A DNA stretch of 64,000 bases, taken from positions 19,984-83,983 of the forward strand of contig JBIIXY010000001.1 in assembly GCA_044347105.1 (NCBI GenBank). Reading direction: 5' to 3'. The stretch comes from Prochlorococcaceae cyanobacterium (GTDB lineage: Bacteria; Cyanobacteriota; Cyanobacteriia; PCC-6307; Cyanobiaceae). The notes below the pieces were generated by a model, which saw only the letters and a list, made by a program, of their open reading frames with translations, ran no database searches and was not told where the DNA came from. Within the stretch, counting starts at the first letter, position 1; each line of letters opens with the position of its first letter. Made by a program: the position numbers and the translations under genes. This document shows positions 43,656-52,925 of the stretch, in pieces.

Positions 43656-44564
43656 CTATGGAGCGATCGGAGCACCACGTCCGGCGTCGAGCTCGGGGGC
43701 GCCATAGCTGCTGCCGGCCAGAGGCCGGCAGGCTGCCAGACCGGCCAGCACCTGGCCATGCAGGCCTGGAGCCGCCGCCACAACCCGGCCACTGGCGAGG
43801 TCTGCGGGGGAGCCGTCATAGCCGCTCACCACACCGCCTGCTTCCTCCACCAGCACCATGCCGGCCGCCAGGTCCCAGGGCGCCAATCCCCGCTCCCAAT
43901 AGGCATCCACCTTGCCACTGGCCACAAAGGCCAGATCCACTGCTGCCGCGCCGGCCCTGCGCACCCCGTGGCTGCGGTGGGTGAACCAGGCGAACTCGGC
44001 GTAGTTGTTGTCCAGTCGCTGCTGACGGTCGTAGGCGAAACCGGTGGCCAGCAGGGCGTCGGCCAACTGCTGGCAGTCGCTCACCGCCAGCCGGCGGCCG
44101 TTGCACCAGCTGCCCAGGCCGGGTGCGGCCCAGTAGACCTCGTCGAAGGCTGGCAGGGAAAGCGCACCCAGCAGAGGGATGCCCTGCCAGGTGAGGCCCA
44201 CCGATGTGGCAAACACCGGAAATCCATGGGCGTAGTTGGTGGTGCCATCCAGGGGATCCACACACCACTCCAGCGCGCTTTCGCTGGGTCGACGGCCGCT
44301 TTCCTCAGCGAGCACGCCGATCTCAGGCGTCCCCGCCTGCAGGAGTCCCAGCACGGCCGCTTCGGCGGCCAGGTCAGCTTCAGTCACCAGATCGCCGTTG
44401 CGGCCTTTTTCCCGCACCTGTTCCAGGCGCCCGAAGTGGGCCTTCAGCTGAACGCCGCCCGACTCCGCCGCCCGCCGAGCCACATCCAGCAGGCGCTCGA
44501 TCTCCGTCAGGGACAGGCCAGAGCCGGCCAGGGCCTGGCTGCAGCGGGTGGCGGAGAGGCTCAT
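43656..44564 (-). CDS. Inositol monophosphatase family protein (SuhB/HisN-like)
   Basis: ORF 43656..44621, ATG 44564 preferred; WCVDPLDGTTNYAHG and APWDLAAGMVLVEEAGG IMPase motifs. Confidence 0.85.
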   Translation of the reverse strand: MSLSATRCSQALAGSGLSLTEIERLLDVARRAAESGGVQLKAHFGRLEQVREKGRNGDLVTEADLAAEAAVLGLLQAGTPEIGVLAEESGRRPSESALEWCVDPLDGTTNYAHGFPVFATSVGLTWQGIPLLGALSLPAFDEVYWAAPGLGSWCNGRRLAVSDCQQLADALLATGFAYDRQQRLDNNYAEFAWFTHRSHGVRRAGAAAVDLAFVASGKVDAYWERGLAPWDLAAGMVLVEEAGGVVSGYDGSPADLASGRVVAAAPGLHGQVLAGLAACRPLAGSSYGAPELDAGRGAPIAP

Positions 44565-44617
44565 GGTCTGCAGGGTGTGTTGGGAACGTGGGGCGGGGCC
44601 GGCTGGTTGTCGTGAGC

Positions 44618-44986
44618 TCACTCCTCTTCGATGGGCAGGCCGGGTCGAATGCGACCCCGACCGAAGAAGCGGCCGAACTGCAGCTCATAAACCTCATCTT
44701 CATCCTGGGTCTCCACCTCAAGGGGGCCGGTGGCCCGAGCCACGCACAGCAGGCCATAGCCCTGCTGACGCAGATCCTTGGACAGGCCCAGGGCTTCGCG
44801 CTGATCGATCGATCCCTTCAACACCCGCACAGCGCAGGCCGTGCAACAGCCGTTGCGGCAGCTGAAGGGAAGCGGGTCACCCTGCTGCTCGAAGCTGCGC
44901 AGGATGGTCTCGCCCTCCGGTACCTCGTGGGTGATCACCCGTCCGGTCTGGCGCCAGTGCACCGTGATCGGAAAGCGACGCGTCAT
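44618..44986 (-). CDS. Plant-type 2Fe-2S ferredoxin-like protein
   Basis: 122 aa; CRNGCCTAC ... LLC cysteine pattern. Confidence 0.8.
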   Translation of the reverse strand: MTRRFPITVHWRQTGRVITHEVPEGETILRSFEQQGDPLPFSCRNGCCTACAVRVLKGSIDQREALGLSKDLRQQGYGLLCVARATGPLEVETQDEDEVYELQFGRFFGRGRIRPGLPIEEE

Positions 44987-45063
44987 GGCAGACGGCGAAC
45001 TCTGCGGAGCTCGTGCGAGAGGTCGACTGCTACATTGCCATCACGTTGCCCCATTTTGCCGCT

Positions 45064-45150
45064 GGAGAGGTGGCCGAGTGGTCGAAGGCGCAGCACTGGA
45101 AATGCTGTATAGGGGCAACTCTATCGAGGGTTCGAATCCCTCCCTCTCCG
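45064..45150 (+). tRNA. tRNA-Ser (anticodon GGA)
   Basis: GGAGAGG acceptor pairs with CCTCTCC; anticodon stem CAGCA/TGCTG with loop CTGGAAA; long variable arm; T-arm GAGGG-TTCGAAT-CCCTC; CCA not encoded. Confidence 0.95.
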
Positions 45151-45158
45151 CTCATTCA

Positions 45159-45180
45159 CCGGCCTCAGGGCCGGTTTTTT
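45159..45180 (+). terminator. Rho-independent terminator of tRNA-Ser
   Basis: CCGGCC-tcag-GGCCGG followed by TTTTTT. Confidence 0.8.
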
Positions 45181-45320
45181 GTTGGTCCGCCAGAGCGTCA
45201 CTGCTCGGTGTAGCGATCCCAGGAACGCAGGTAGAGCCTGAGGTAGCCTCAGGGTTGCCCCTTTGTTCGTGCGGCTGGCACGTGATGCTTCCAGCTGCAG
45301 CAGGCAACAGTCTCAACGGC

Positions 45321-46133
45321 TCAGCCGAAGCGTCCTGTGACGTAGTCCTGGGTTGCCTGCTGCCCAGGGGCATTGAAAATCCGCTCGGTGTCGTTGAATT
45401 CCACCAGATAACCAACCTTGCCACTGCCTCCTTCCACAGCCTCGGCATTGAAGAAGGCGGTCATATCAGCCACGCGCACGGCCTGCTGCATGTTGTGAGT
45501 CACGATGATGATGGTGTAGCTGCGCTTCAGCTCATGCATCGTCTCCTCAATCTTGAGGGTGGAGATGGGATCCAGGGCTGAGCAGGGTTCATCCATCAGA
45601 ATCACCTCAGGCTCCGTGGCAATGGCCCGGGCGATGCAAAGACGCTGCTGCTGACCCCCCGAGAGTGCAAAACCGCTTTCCTTCAGTTTGTCCTTGCACT
45701 CATCCCACACAGCGGCCTTGCGCAGGGAGCGCTCCACCAGTTCATCCATGTCGCCCTTGTAACCGTTGATCCGGGCTCCAAAGGCAATGTTCTCGTAGAT
45801 GCTCTTGGGGAAGGGGTTCGGTTTCTGAAACACCATGCCAATCCGGCGGCGTACCTCCACGGGATCCACATTGCGTTCATAGAGGTCCGCACCGTCAAAC
45901 ACCACCCGTCCCTTCAGCCCGCAACCAGGGATCAGGTCGTTCATGCGGTTGAGGGCCCGCAGAACCGTTGATTTCCCGCAGCCGGATGGGCCAATGAAGG
46001 CCGTAACCTTGCCGCTGGGGATATCCATGTAGACGTTCTTGACCGCCTCGAAGCTCCCGTAGGAGATCGTGACGTTCTGCAGGGACATGCAGACGTCGGC
46101 GCTGTTGATCGTGGCGGAAGTGGCTTGGGTCAT
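45321..46133 (-). CDS. pstB: Phosphate ABC transporter ATP-binding protein PstB
   Basis: ATG 46133 in ORF 45321..46238; 270 aa; [35 protein letters not shown]. Confidence 0.95.
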   Translation of the reverse strand: MTQATSATINSADVCMSLQNVTISYGSFEAVKNVYMDIPSGKVTAFIGPSGCGKSTVLRALNRMNDLIPGCGLKGRVVFDGADLYERNVDPVEVRRRIGMVFQKPNPFPKSIYENIAFGARINGYKGDMDELVERSLRKAAVWDECKDKLKESGFALSGGQQQRLCIARAIATEPEVILMDEPCSALDPISTLKIEETMHELKRSYTIIIVTHNMQQAVRVADMTAFFNAEAVEGGSGKVGYLVEFNDTERIFNAPGQQATQDYVTGRFG

Positions 46134-46185
46134 GGCCGGATGGGGCTCAGGAATGAAGGTGAAGCGAACGGAGGAGGGTTGAGGT

Positions 46186-47118
46186 TCAGGCCTTTTTGGC
46201 CACCTTGCTGATCCAACGGGCCAGTAAATTCGCCGCAAGGATCATCATCACCAGCACAAAGGATGCGGCCCAGGCCAAGGCGTTTTGCGCCTCATAGGGC
46301 ATGATGGCGAAGTTGAAGATCAACACCGACATGGTGGCGATCGGGTTGAACAGCCCTTCCGGCCAGAAGGGAGAGAACAGGGCCGTAAAGATCAGGGGGG
46401 CTGTTTCACCGGCTGCACGAGCGATGGCCAGCACAATGCCGGTGGCAATCGGGGTGAATGCTGCCGGCAAGGTGATGCGGGTAATGGTCACAAATTTGGA
46501 GGCACCCACGCCATAGGCCCCCCAGCGCAACTCCTGGGGCACCAGTTTCAATCCCTCGTTGGTGGTCTTGATCACGGTGGGGAGCATCAACACGGCGAGG
46601 GCGATACCGCCTGCAACGGCGCTGTAGCTCTGGTTGAAAAAGATGCGCGTGGCAACCACCACGCCATAGACGAACACACCGGAGATGATCGAGGGAACAC
46701 CAGCCAGCACGTCATTGCCGAAGGTCACAAACTGCGAGAACCAGCCGCGCTGGGAATACTCGTTCAGATAAACGCCGCCACCCACGCCGATCGGAATGGC
46801 AATCAGCGAAGCGACCAGGGTTACAACGATCGTGCCGATCACCGCATTGCCGATGCCACCTCCATCAAGCCCGGGAGGTGGGGGCAACTGGGTGAACAGA
46901 GAAACACTCAGCAGTGAGGCCCCCTTGTAAAGCACATAGGCCAGCACCAGGAAGAGCGGCAGAATGGCGATACCGGCAAACGTGGAGGCGATCGCTGTAC
47001 AAAGCCTGTTGATGCGATTGCGCTTCAGCGTCGGGTCAAAATTGAGGGAGCGACGCTCAAACAATGAAGCGTGAGCTGAGGCGGAGGTTTGCAAGGCGTT
47101 ACTCTCAATGGATGTCAT
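46186..47118 (-). CDS. pstA: Phosphate ABC transporter permease PstA
   Basis: ATG 47118 in ORF 46186..47172; 6 TM; [16 protein letters not shown]-type loop. Confidence 0.9.
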   Translation of the reverse strand: MTSIESNALQTSASAHASLFERRSLNFDPTLKRNRINRLCTAIASTFAGIAILPLFLVLAYVLYKGASLLSVSLFTQLPPPPGLDGGGIGNAVIGTIVVTLVASLIAIPIGVGGGVYLNEYSQRGWFSQFVTFGNDVLAGVPSIISGVFVYGVVVATRIFFNQSYSAVAGGIALAVLMLPTVIKTTNEGLKLVPQELRWGAYGVGASKFVTITRITLPAAFTPIATGIVLAIARAAGETAPLIFTALFSPFWPEGLFNPIATMSVLIFNFAIMPYEAQNALAWAASFVLVMMILAANLLARWISKVAKKA

Positions 47119-47138
47119 GGCTGAATCAACTGGATGGT

Positions 47139-48104
47139 TCAGTAGCGCAGGCTGAGCCGCCTGACGACCCATTGGGCGAGTACATTCACTGCGAATGTGA
47201 GCACCATCAGGATCAAGGCCGCATACATCAGTGCCGATACCTGAATGCCATCAGCTTCCCCGAACTGGTTGGCCAGCATCGAGGCGATGGTGTTGCCAGG
47301 TGCGAGTAGAGAGCTGCTGAAGTTCATCGCATTGCCGATGATCATCGTGACGGCCATGGTTTCGCCCATCGCCCTGCCCAGGGCCAGCATCACCCCGCCT
47401 GTGATGGCTGAGATGGCTGCGGGCACGATCACGCTGCTGATGGCTCCCCAGCGTGTGGTGCCCACGCCATAAGCGCCCTGTCTGAGTTCGATCGGTACCT
47501 GATTGAGCGCATCACGGGAGATGGCCGTGATGATCGGCAGCACCATCACCACAAGAATGAGGATGGCCGGCGCCATCCCCGGGCCCTGGGGAATGGTGTT
47601 GAAGAAGGGAGACCAGCCCAGGATCTGGTGCAAAAACTGGAGAATCGGCCTCAACGCCGGCTCCATCACGAAGATGGCCCAGAGGCCGAGCACCACCGAA
47701 GGGATGGCGGCCAGCAACTCCACCATCAGGCCGATGGCCTCGCGCAGGCCACGGGGAAGCATGTCCTCCGTGATCAGGATTGCCGTGCCCAGGCCGAGGG
47801 GAATGGCGATCAACAATGAGAGCAATGCGGTGACCAGGGTTCCGTAGATCGCCGTGAAGGCCCCGTACTCATTATTCACCGGGTCCCAGGCCGAGGTGGT
47901 GAGGAATGTGAGGCCGAATTCGCGGATGGCGTCCTGGGATCCCCGGAACACCACCAGAAAAATGCCGAGCAGCACAACGGCCACCACGGAAGCCAGCGCC
48001 AGGGTGAGCTGTCGGAAGCCCAGGTCCAGCAGCTTTTCAGCGGGAGGACGACGACGAAGGGTGAACGCATCGGCCTTCGCGGCTGATCGAAATTCCGTCG
48101 TCAT
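47139..48104 (-). CDS. pstC: Phosphate ABC transporter permease PstC
   Basis: 321 aa; 6 TM; ALGRAMGETMAV loop; precedes pstA and pstB. Confidence 0.9.
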   Translation of the reverse strand: MTTEFRSAAKADAFTLRRRPPAEKLLDLGFRQLTLALASVVAVVLLGIFLVVFRGSQDAIREFGLTFLTTSAWDPVNNEYGAFTAIYGTLVTALLSLLIAIPLGLGTAILITEDMLPRGLREAIGLMVELLAAIPSVVLGLWAIFVMEPALRPILQFLHQILGWSPFFNTIPQGPGMAPAILILVVMVLPIITAISRDALNQVPIELRQGAYGVGTTRWGAISSVIVPAAISAITGGVMLALGRAMGETMAVTMIIGNAMNFSSSLLAPGNTIASMLANQFGEADGIQVSALMYAALILMVLTFAVNVLAQWVVRRLSLRY

Positions 48105-48162
48105 GCTGGAAGGGCGTGCGAGGCCGCGCTACCAGGAATTGTCGAACACCCCCCTGCGCTCC

Positions 48163-48184
48163 GGTTTAAGCGCCGATTAACGTC
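48163..48184 (-). promoter_or_regulatory. Candidate Pho box (two units) upstream of pstC
   Basis: Minus strand GTTAATCG-gcg-CTTAAACC; TTAA cores at 48177-48180 and 48166-48169, 11 nt apart; each unit 6/8 to PyTTAAPyPy(T/A); GACAAT (48143-48138) is a possible -10. Confidence 0.3.
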
Positions 48185-48237
48185 CAATGGACCGGTAACT
48201 TGGGGCCGCCGCGCGGTTCACGACTCCAGAGCAGTCC

Positions 48238-50550
48238 ATGGGGCGCATCGTCGGCATCGACCTCGGCACAACCAACTCCGTGGTGGCGGTGCTTGAGGGG
48301 GGACGTCCCCAGGTGATCGCCAGCGCGGAGGGAGGTCGCACCACGCCCTCGGTGGTGGGCTTCAGCCGCGACCAGGAACTGCTGGTGGGCCAGCTGGCCC
48401 GGCGCCAGCTGGTGCTCAATCCGCGCAACACCTTCGCCAATCTCAAGCGCTTCGTGGGGCGCCAGTGGGAGGAGCTCGACGACGGCAGTCTCGGCGTGCC
48501 CTACACCGTGCGCGCCAACGACCAGGGCAATGTGCGGGTGGTGTGTCCCGCCACTGAGCGGGAATACGCCCCGGAGGAGCTGGTGGCCAGCATCCTGCGC
48601 AAGCTCTGCGACGACGCGGCCACCTACCTCGGCGAGCCCGTGGAGGCGGCGGTGATCACCGTGCCCGCCTACTTCAATGACGCCCAGCGCCAGGCCACCC
48701 GCGACGCCGGCAGGCTGGCGGGTATCAGCGTGGAGCGGATTCTCAATGAGCCCACGGCGGCTGCCCTGGCTTACGGCTTCGACCGCAGCGCCGCCAAACG
48801 GGTGCTGGTGTTCGACCTGGGCGGCGGCACCTTCGACGTTTCGATCCTGCGCGTCGCCCAGGGCGTGTTCGACGTGAAGGCCACCAGCGGCGACACCCAG
48901 CTGGGCGGCAACGACTGGGACCGGCGGGTGGTGGATTGGCTCGCCGACGCCTTCCAGAAGGAGCACGGCCTCGACCTGCGCCGCGACCGCCAGGCCCTGC
49001 AGCGCCTCACCGAAGCTGCTGAGAAGGCCAAGATCGAGCTCAGCGGTGTGCAGAGCACGCCGATCTCCCTGCCGTTCATTGCCACGGGCAGTGAAGGACC
49101 CCTGCACATCGAGACCACCCTGGAGCGGCGCACGTTCGAAGGTCTTTGTCCCGACCTGCTCGACCGGCTGCTGCGCCCGGTGCAGCGCGCCCTGCGGGAT
49201 GCCGGCCTGGCGGCCGACGACATCGACGATGTGGTGCTGGTGGGCGGCGCCACCCGCATGCCGATGGTGCAGGAGATGGTGCGCACCCTGGTGCCCCGGG
49301 ATCCCTGCCAGACGGTGAATCCTGACGAGGTGGTGGCGATCGGCGCCGCGGTTCAGGCCGGCATCCTCACCGGGGAGCTGCGCGATCTGATGCTCAACGA
49401 CGTCACCCCCCTCTCCCTGGGGTTGGAGACGATCGGCGGTGTGATGAAGGTGCTGATTCCTCGCAATACCTCCATACCGGTGCGGCGCAGTGATGTGTTC
49501 AGCACGTCCACCGCCAACCAGAGCTCGGTGGAGGTGCATGTGCTGCAGGGGGAGCGGCAGATGGCTCCAGACAACAAGAGCCTGGGTCGCTTCCGCCTCT
49601 CCGGGATCCCCCCCGCCCCCCGCGGCGTGCCCCAGGTGCAGGTGTCCTTCGACATCGACGCCAACGGCCTGCTGCAGGTGTCGGCCATGGATCGAACCAC
49701 GGGCCGCCAGCAGAGTGTGAGTATCCAGGGTGGCTCCAACCTCAGTGAGGAGGAGATCGCCCGGCTGATCGAGGAGGCGGAGCAGAAGGCTGCCGAAGAC
49801 CGGCGCAAGCGGGCCGCGATTGACCGCCGCAACCGTGCGCTCACCCTGGTGGCTCAGGCCGAGCGCCGGCTGCGCGATGCCAGCCTGGAACTGGGTCCCT
49901 ATGGGGCGGAGCGGCAGCAGCGGGCGGTGGAGATGACGCTTCGCGATGTGCAGGATCTGCTGGCTCTGGAGGAACGGGGCGACAGCGATCCGGGCGAGCT
50001 CGACCTGGCGGTGAGCCAGTTGCAGGAGGCACTGTTCGGCCTCAACCGCCGCCTGCTGAGCGAACGCAAAGCTGATCAGGGTCCGCTGCAGGGCCTGAAG
50101 AACACGCTCGGATCCCTCAAGGACGAGCTGTTCGCCGACGATGACGACTGGGACGACTGGAGCCGCCCCGCCAGTGACCCATGGTCTCGCCAGGCTGACT
50201 GGTCTCGCCAGGGAGACTGGTCTCGCTCGCCTGACGACCGCTGGGGTCCTGAGCGCCAGGCCAGTTCCGAGCGGCGCTACGGGCAGGAGCGGTTCTCGCC
50301 GCTTGATCGGGATCCGGTTGGGCCGGAGAGCGATCGGGCGCCGTACGGGCGTTTCGCGGTGGATGAGAGCGACGATGCAGCGGTTGACCGTTATGCCCCG
50401 GTTGATCGTGATGCCCCGGATGACCGTTTTGTCCAGGACGACCGTTACGACCGCTTTGCGGAGTCGGCGGTTCGCCCCGCGCCCGTGCGCCCGCCGCGCC
50501 GAAGCCCGGATCTGAGGCCGGCTGACGACGATCCCTGGGCCGAGCGCTGA
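48238..50550 (+). CDS. dnaK: Hsp70 chaperone, DnaK3-type with long C-terminal extension
   Basis: 770 aa; IVGIDLGTTNS, DLGGGTFD, VLVGGATRMP; about 130-aa D/R/W-rich tail; followed by dnaJ. Confidence 0.95.
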   Translation: MGRIVGIDLGTTNSVVAVLEGGRPQVIASAEGGRTTPSVVGFSRDQELLVGQLARRQLVLNPRNTFANLKRFVGRQWEELDDGSLGVPYTVRANDQGNVRVVCPATEREYAPEELVASILRKLCDDAATYLGEPVEAAVITVPAYFNDAQRQATRDAGRLAGISVERILNEPTAAALAYGFDRSAAKRVLVFDLGGGTFDVSILRVAQGVFDVKATSGDTQLGGNDWDRRVVDWLADAFQKEHGLDLRRDRQALQRLTEAAEKAKIELSGVQSTPISLPFIATGSEGPLHIETTLERRTFEGLCPDLLDRLLRPVQRALRDAGLAADDIDDVVLVGGATRMPMVQEMVRTLVPRDPCQTVNPDEVVAIGAAVQAGILTGELRDLMLNDVTPLSLGLETIGGVMKVLIPRNTSIPVRRSDVFSTSTANQSSVEVHVLQGERQMAPDNKSLGRFRLSGIPPAPRGVPQVQVSFDIDANGLLQVSAMDRTTGRQQSVSIQGGSNLSEEEIARLIEEAEQKAAEDRRKRAAIDRRNRALTLVAQAERRLRDASLELGPYGAERQQRAVEMTLRDVQDLLALEERGDSDPGELDLAVSQLQEALFGLNRRLLSERKADQGPLQGLKNTLGSLKDELFADDDDWDDWSRPASDPWSRQADWSRQGDWSRSPDDRWGPERQASSERRYGQERFSPLDRDPVGPESDRAPYGRFAVDESDDAAVDRYAPVDRDAPDDRFVQDDRYDRFAESAVRPAPVRPPRRSPDLRPADDDPWAER
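50182..50235 (+). repeat. Three tandem 18 nt repeats (in frame, within dnaK)
   Basis: TGGTCTCGCCAGGCTGAC / TGGTCTCGCCAGGGAGAC / TGGTCTCGCTCGCCTGAC encoding WSRQAD-WSRQGD-WSRSPD. Confidence 0.9.
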
Positions 50551-50567
50551 CCACGGTGGCCGGGGCG

Positions 50568-51512
50568 ATGACAGGGACAGTGGATCACTGGGAGGTGCTG
50601 GGACTCCAGCCTGGTGCGGACGCGGTTGCTCTGAAGCGGGCCTTCCGCGCCCAGGCGCGGCGGTGGCATCCCGATCTCAACGGCAACGACCCGGTGGCCG
50701 AAGAGCGTTTCAAGCAGGTGAACGAGGCCTATGCGGTGCTCTCCGATCCGGCTCGCCGCCGCGCCTGGGAAGCCGGTGAAACGGATCGGGACGGCGAGGG
50801 GCAACGGGATCCCTTCGCCAGTGGTTTCCCGGATTTCGACACCTACCTCGACCAACTGTTCGGCGGGCGCCGCCGCGACGCAGCAGCGGGCCCGGACGGC
50901 CAGGAGCCCGCTTTCGAGCGTGATGCCCGTGGCGATGGTGATGTGTCTTCCTCAGTGCCGCCGGATCCGCCTCCCGGCCCGGTGACCGCAGCGGAGCCGG
51001 GCCGGCCACCCACCCAGGCCATCGATGTGCTGGAGACGCTGGTGGAACTCACCCCCGAGCAGGCCCTGGAGGGCAGCCGGGTGGAGCTGGAGTTGCCCGA
51101 TGGTCTGGTGGTGGAGGTGTGGACCCCACCCCTGGCCGGCGATGGCTGGCGGCTGCGGCTGGCCGGCGTCACCCCAGGCGGCGGCGATCACTTTCTTCAG
51201 CTGCGGGTGGTCACCGCCGATGGCCTGCGGGTGGATGGTCTGCGGGTGCTGTACACGCTTGATCTCAGCCCAGCCGAAGCCGCCCTGGGCTGCAGGCTTG
51301 TGGTGCCCACCCTGCAGGGTGCCGTAAAGCTGCAGGTGCCGGCCGGGTCCTCCAGCGGGCGTCTGCTGCGGCTGCGGGGGCGGGGGCTGGCCCGGGGAGG
51401 ACAGCGGGGCGACCAGCTGGTGGAGCTGCGCATCGTGGTGCCTGATCAGCTGTCGGAAGCCGAAGTCGCCCTCTACCGGCGCCTGCAGGAGCTGGCCAGC
51501 GAACAGCAGTGA
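50568..51512 (+). CDS. dnaJ: DnaJ-family co-chaperone (no zinc-finger domain; DnaJ3-like)
   Basis: ORF 50556..51512; J domain HWEVLGLQPGADAVALKRAFRAQARRWHPDLN; C-terminal DnaJ_C-like beta domains; no CxxCxGxG repeats. Confidence 0.85.
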   Translation: MTGTVDHWEVLGLQPGADAVALKRAFRAQARRWHPDLNGNDPVAEERFKQVNEAYAVLSDPARRRAWEAGETDRDGEGQRDPFASGFPDFDTYLDQLFGGRRRDAAAGPDGQEPAFERDARGDGDVSSSVPPDPPPGPVTAAEPGRPPTQAIDVLETLVELTPEQALEGSRVELELPDGLVVEVWTPPLAGDGWRLRLAGVTPGGGDHFLQLRVVTADGLRVDGLRVLYTLDLSPAEAALGCRLVVPTLQGAVKLQVPAGSSSGRLLRLRGRGLARGGQRGDQLVELRIVVPDQLSEAEVALYRRLQELASEQQ

Positions 51513-51567
51513 CGATCGCCAAAAATGAGACACTGAGGTGAATTCTTCTTCGCTTGAGCGCTCCCTG

Positions 51568-51975
51568 ATGCCGGTGCATGTGCTCCTGTTCGATGCCGGG
51601 TCCGACCAGGAGGGGATCCATTCCCTGGAGCTCAACGGCCGCACCGTGGTGCTGCTGTTTGAAGACCGGGATGACGCCGAGCGCTATGCGGGCTTGCTGG
51701 AGGCCCAGGACTTTCCGGTTCCCACCGTTGAGGGGCTCGACCGGGAGGAGATGGAGCTCTTCTGCAGCCAGGCTGGCTACGAAGCCCGTTTCGTGCCCAC
51801 AGGCTTCCTGCCGCAGACCGCCGAGGACCGGCTGTTGATCGCTCCACCGGAGCGCAACATGGACGTGAGTCTCTGGCAGGAGCAGCCCGAGGCGGCCAGT
51901 GCGCTGGCTGAAGCGTCGATGCAACCGGACCCGGAGCTGGAGGCCTTCCGCCGCCAGCTGGAGGGTCTGCTGTGA
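51568..51975 (+). CDS. DUF3110 family protein
   Basis: ATG 51568 in ORF 51538..51975; MPVHVLLFDAGSDQEGIHSLELNGRTVVLLFEDRDDAERYAGLLEAQDF pattern. Confidence 0.7.
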   Translation: MPVHVLLFDAGSDQEGIHSLELNGRTVVLLFEDRDDAERYAGLLEAQDFPVPTVEGLDREEMELFCSQAGYEARFVPTGFLPQTAEDRLLIAPPERNMDVSLWQEQPEAASALAEASMQPDPELEAFRRQLEGLL

Positions 51976-52913
51976 CCGCCGCACCCCTTGGCCTGGGGCT
52001 GGATCGGGGCCATCTGCTCACGGAGCAGGCCAACCCGCTCAGCGCCCGGCTGGATGCCCTGCCCACGGCAGACCTGGTGGACCTCTTCTGCCAGAACGAT
52101 CTTGAGCCCCAGCGGGCGGTGGCTGGCGCTGCCGCCGAGCTCACCGCCGCGGTCGATGCGATTGCCGCACGGTTGGCGGCCGGTGGTCGCCTCTTCTACC
52201 TGGGGGCCGGCACATCGGGTCGTCTCGGTGTGCTGGATGCAGCGGAATGCCCGCCCACCTTCTGCAGTGATCCCAGCCTGGTGCAGGGCGTGCTGGCGGG
52301 CGGTGCGGCGGCCCTTCTGCGCAGCTCCGAGGGCCTGGAGGACCTGCGTGAAGCCGGTCGGGAGGATCTGGAGCAGGCCGGCTTTGCTGCCGGCGACTGC
52401 CTCGTGGGGATCGCCGCCGGCGGTACCACGCCCTACGTTCTCGGCGGTTTGAGCCACGCCCTTGAGCTGGGAGCCCTGGCCGTCGCCATGGCCTGCGTTC
52501 CAGCCGAGCAGGCAGCGATGCCGTGTGACATCGACATCCGCCTGCTCACTGGACCGGAGCTGCTCACCGGCTCCACCCGGCTCAAGGCCGGGACCGCCAC
52601 CAAGATGGCCCTCAACATCCTCTCCACCGGGGTGATGGTGAAACTCGGCAAGGTGTATGGCAACCGCATGGTGGATGTGGCGGTGACCAACAGCAAGCTG
52701 GAGGATCGTGCCCAGCGCATCCTCTGTGATCTGGCTGGTGTGTCCCGGCCCGAGGCGGCCCAGCTGCTCCAGGACGCCGACGGATCGGTGAAGCGCGCTC
52801 TGCTGATGGCCGCCAGCGGGCTGTCCGCGGCCGAAGCTCGCCAGCTGCTGGAGACCCATGGCCCCAGCCTGCGCCAGGCGCTCGCCGCTGCGGGCGGCCG
52901 GCTGCAGCTCTGA
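51972..52913 (+). CDS. murQ: N-acetylmuramic acid 6-phosphate etherase MurQ
   Basis: 313 aa; SIS domain GAGTSGRLGVLDAAECPPTF; GTG start overlaps the DUF3110 stop (GTGA). Confidence 0.9.
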   Translation: MTAAPLGLGLDRGHLLTEQANPLSARLDALPTADLVDLFCQNDLEPQRAVAGAAAELTAAVDAIAARLAAGGRLFYLGAGTSGRLGVLDAAECPPTFCSDPSLVQGVLAGGAAALLRSSEGLEDLREAGREDLEQAGFAAGDCLVGIAAGGTTPYVLGGLSHALELGALAVAMACVPAEQAAMPCDIDIRLLTGPELLTGSTRLKAGTATKMALNILSTGVMVKLGKVYGNRMVDVAVTNSKLEDRAQRILCDLAGVSRPEAAQLLQDADGSVKRALLMAASGLSAAEARQLLETHGPSLRQALAAAGGRLQL

Positions 52914-52925
52914 GGCAGGTCCCGC

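Noticed and set aside
45237-45253. Hairpin CCTGAGG-tag-CCTCAGG as a pstB terminator.
   Set aside because: It lies 68 nt beyond the pstB stop and has no U-tract on the pstB strand. It could equally be fortuitous.
48238-50550. dnaK as a gene fusion or frameshifted pseudogene, because of its 770-aa length.
   Set aside because: A single uninterrupted frame with coding-like third positions throughout. A long divergent C-terminal tail plus an adjacent dnaJ is the known DnaK3 arrangement.
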